A DNA stretch of 64,000 nucleotides from an uncultured delta proteobacterium (GTDB lineage Bacteria; Desulfobacterota; Binatia; UBA9968), in NCBI GenBank assembly GCA_963804165.1, contig CAWDPO010000003.1:1-64000 (forward strand), written 5' to 3'. Under the pieces are notes generated by a model. That model did no database searches and was not told the origin of the DNA. It was given only the letters and a program-made list of their open reading frames with translations. Position 1 is the first letter of the stretch, and each line of letters begins with the position of its first letter. Made by a program: the position numbers and the translations under genes. Of this stretch, positions 62,404 to 64,000 are shown piece by piece.

Positions 62404-63159
62404 ATGGAAAAGCTAATGCCGAAATTTCGCTTCGGTCACATCGATCCAGCCGCCGTCGAGGCGCGCAGGGCGAGACGCGGGCCCGGTTACGAGTTTTATC
62501 AGATCGTCCCGACCAATATCATGTTGGTGACCGCCGTTCTGGGCATAAGGGACTTTACCCGCGAGGCGGTCGAGGCCGCGATCCCCAACTACTGGAATTG
62601 CGTCGAGGCATTGGCGGAAGAAAAAGTCGATGTTTTTGTCCTGGGGGGTACTCCCGTATCGGCGCAGTTGGGACGAACTCGGGTGGTGCGACTGCTAAAG
62701 GAGGCGGAGGACAAAACCGGCATACGCGGCGACGCGCCGCTGGAAGCGGCGATTGCGGCGATGAAGCATCTGGGATTGAAAAAGATTGCCGTGGGCGGAC
62801 GCTGGACCGATGAATTCAATCAGGCCGTCATCCGTTATTTGAACGAAGGCGGGATCGATGTTGTCGGCATCACCAAACGCGGCCAATCGGGCAAGGAGGC
62901 TTTTGCCATGTCGTTGGAGCAAGGCCTAAAGCTGGCGTTGGAGGTTGGTCGTGAGGCGGCGCGCATGGCTCCCGATGCCGAGGCAATTTTGGTTCCCGGC
63001 GGAGCCACCATGAGCCTCCATGTCATACCGGCGATCGAGGAGGAATTCGGCAAACCGACATTTACCAGAACGAGCGCCGAGGTGTGGCGCAACCTAGTTC
63101 ATCCCGGAATTATTCCGCCGGTAACCGGGTGGGGGCAGCTGCTGGCCTCCAGCAAATAG
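62404..63159 (+). CDS. Maleate cis-trans isomerase / arylmalonate decarboxylase family protein
   Basis: AMKHLGLKKIAV, NQAVIRYL, IEEEFGKP and GWGQLL; RBS GGAGG. Confidence 0.82.
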   Translation: MEKLMPKFRFGHIDPAAVEARRARRGPGYEFYQIVPTNIMLVTAVLGIRDFTREAVEAAIPNYWNCVEALAEEKVDVFVLGGTPVSAQLGRTRVVRLLKEAEDKTGIRGDAPLEAAIAAMKHLGLKKIAVGGRWTDEFNQAVIRYLNEGGIDVVGITKRGQSGKEAFAMSLEQGLKLALEVGREAARMAPDAEAILVPGGATMSLHVIPAIEEEFGKPTFTRTSAEVWRNLVHPGIIPPVTGWGQLLASSK

Positions 63160-63206
63160 TGATAGGCGCGACCTGAGAATCGGCGCGCACACTATCGAGC
63201 TGACCG

Positions 63207-63292
63207 CTAGTGTGGCGTCTCAGAAGTTCGTCTAAAAAGTCCAAACGATGGCAGCCTCTGAAGTTGAACTCAAATCCCCCTTTGTCCCCCTT
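63207..63292. mobile_element. Second MITE copy (opposite orientation), interrupted by IS481
   Basis: Matches the reverse complement of about 52425-52510 (GTCCAAACGATGGCA...CTCAAATCCCCCTTTGTCCCCCTT). Confidence 0.75.
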
Positions 63293-64000
63293 TGTATAGA
63301 CCGGAGACATAGGTAACAGGTGTACTGGAGACATGGGTAACACTTTTGAAGTAGCCAAAGGCATAGTTCTCCCTGAATCGGAAAGGGGGAAGAGATTATG
63401 TCTTGGGGAGTGGTTAGCCTCATGTCTTTGCGCCAAGAATTTGTGGGATTGGCGGAGGGAAAAGCGGTGAGTTTCACTCAACTGTGCCAGCGTTACGGCA
63501 TTAGCCGAAAGACCGGCTACAAGTGGCTGGGTCGTTATCGCAAACAAGGAGCGCAAGGTCTGGCCGATCATTCGCGCCGGCCCAAGAAAAGTCCCAACCA
63601 ATTGCTCCAGGCCACAGAACAACCGCTTTTGAGATTGCGTGAGAGCTACCCGAGCTGGGGAGCGCGTAAGATCCGGCGTCTTTTGAAAAATCAAGGTCAA
63701 ACCCAGGTGCCGGCGTGTAGTACGATTACCGCTGTGTTTCATCGCCACGGCCTGATCGACTCCAGCAGTCAAGCCGCCAAGCCTAACTGGCAACGCTTCG
63801 AGCGTGAGGTGCCCAATAGTCTTTGGCAGATGGATTTCAAAGGACCGCTGCCCACCGTGCGCGGGCCGGCCCATGCGCTCACCGTCTTGGATGATCACTC
63901 GCGCTTTAGTTTGCGTCTTAAGGCTTTGCCTAACCAGAACCGAGAATGTGTTCAACACGCGTTGACCGAAACCTTCCGCCGCTACGGGCTTCCCAACTCG
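63293..64000 (+). mobile_element. IS481-family insertion sequence, left part
   Basis: Starts 5'-TGT; subterminal direct repeats GGAGACATRGGTAACA at 63303 and 63327; transposase follows. Confidence 0.88.
63398..64000 (+). CDS. IS481-family transposase (runs off the window)
   Basis: MSWGVVSLMSLRQEFV...LCQRYGISRKTGYKWLGRY...WGARKI...PNSLWQMDFKG...LTVLDDHSRF; absent from the ORF track because it has no stop codon in the window. Confidence 0.92.
   Translation, partial: MSWGVVSLMSLRQEFVGLAEGKAVSFTQLCQRYGISRKTGYKWLGRYRKQGAQGLADHSRRPKKSPNQLLQATEQPLLRLRESYPSWGARKIRRLLKNQGQTQVPACSTITAVFHRHGLIDSSSQAAKPNWQRFEREVPNSLWQMDFKGPLPTVRGPAHALTVLDDHSRFSLRLKALPNQNRECVQHALTETFRRYGLPNS

Noticed and set aside
61785-62813. 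342-aa ORF as a single gene
   Set aside because: A frameshift near 62130 lets it run into the next gene out of frame; the real product likely ends at 62220.
63110-63958. 282-aa minus-strand ORF
   Set aside because: Antisense shadow of the IS481 transposase on the plus strand.

Overview
Bacterial chromosome segment with GC-rich core genes. The style suggests a soil deltaproteobacterium-like organism such as Ca. Binatia; this is inferred from the rpsO-pnp-M16-dut order, the multi-GAF kinase, the many solute-binding proteins and the intergenic palindromes. Layout: (1) 1-5230, a sensor kinase with at least 8 GAF domains in an alternating A/B array, plus a single-domain response regulator. (2) About 5300-15100, an accessory island. 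It holds a compact minus-strand 'terminase-only' module: TerS-like gene, Zn-finger gene, attenuator-like hairpin, small DNA-binding gene, TerL and an unknown ORF, with no portal, capsid or integrase. The module is bracketed by 11-bp-phased repeat doublets, including a symmetric att/cos-like site. An IS remnant, an exported trypsin-like protease, a lipoprotein-like TPR-CHAT protease and a DUF3800 protein follow. (3) 15.1-26.3 kb, core genes: aspartyl protease, rpsO, pnp, M16 peptidase, dut, purB, purS, purQ, purL, purF. (4) 26.5-63.2 kb, a catabolic and secondary-metabolism region: P450, SDR, a stand-alone A-T-TE NRPS-like enzyme, duplicated nitroreductase/hydantoinase-B modules, an M24 pair, MmgE/PrpD, PuuE, racemase-fold proteins lacking catalytic Cys, an amidase with a small partner, an amidohydrolase and transporters. 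Several families of REP/MITE-like palindromes are scattered through it. (5) An IS481 element inserted into a MITE at the right edge. Many accessory genes carry single-base frameshifts, often in homopolymers, which probably reflect long-read consensus error. No CRISPR array, tRNA or rRNA was seen. Family names come from recognising motifs by eye, not from database searches.
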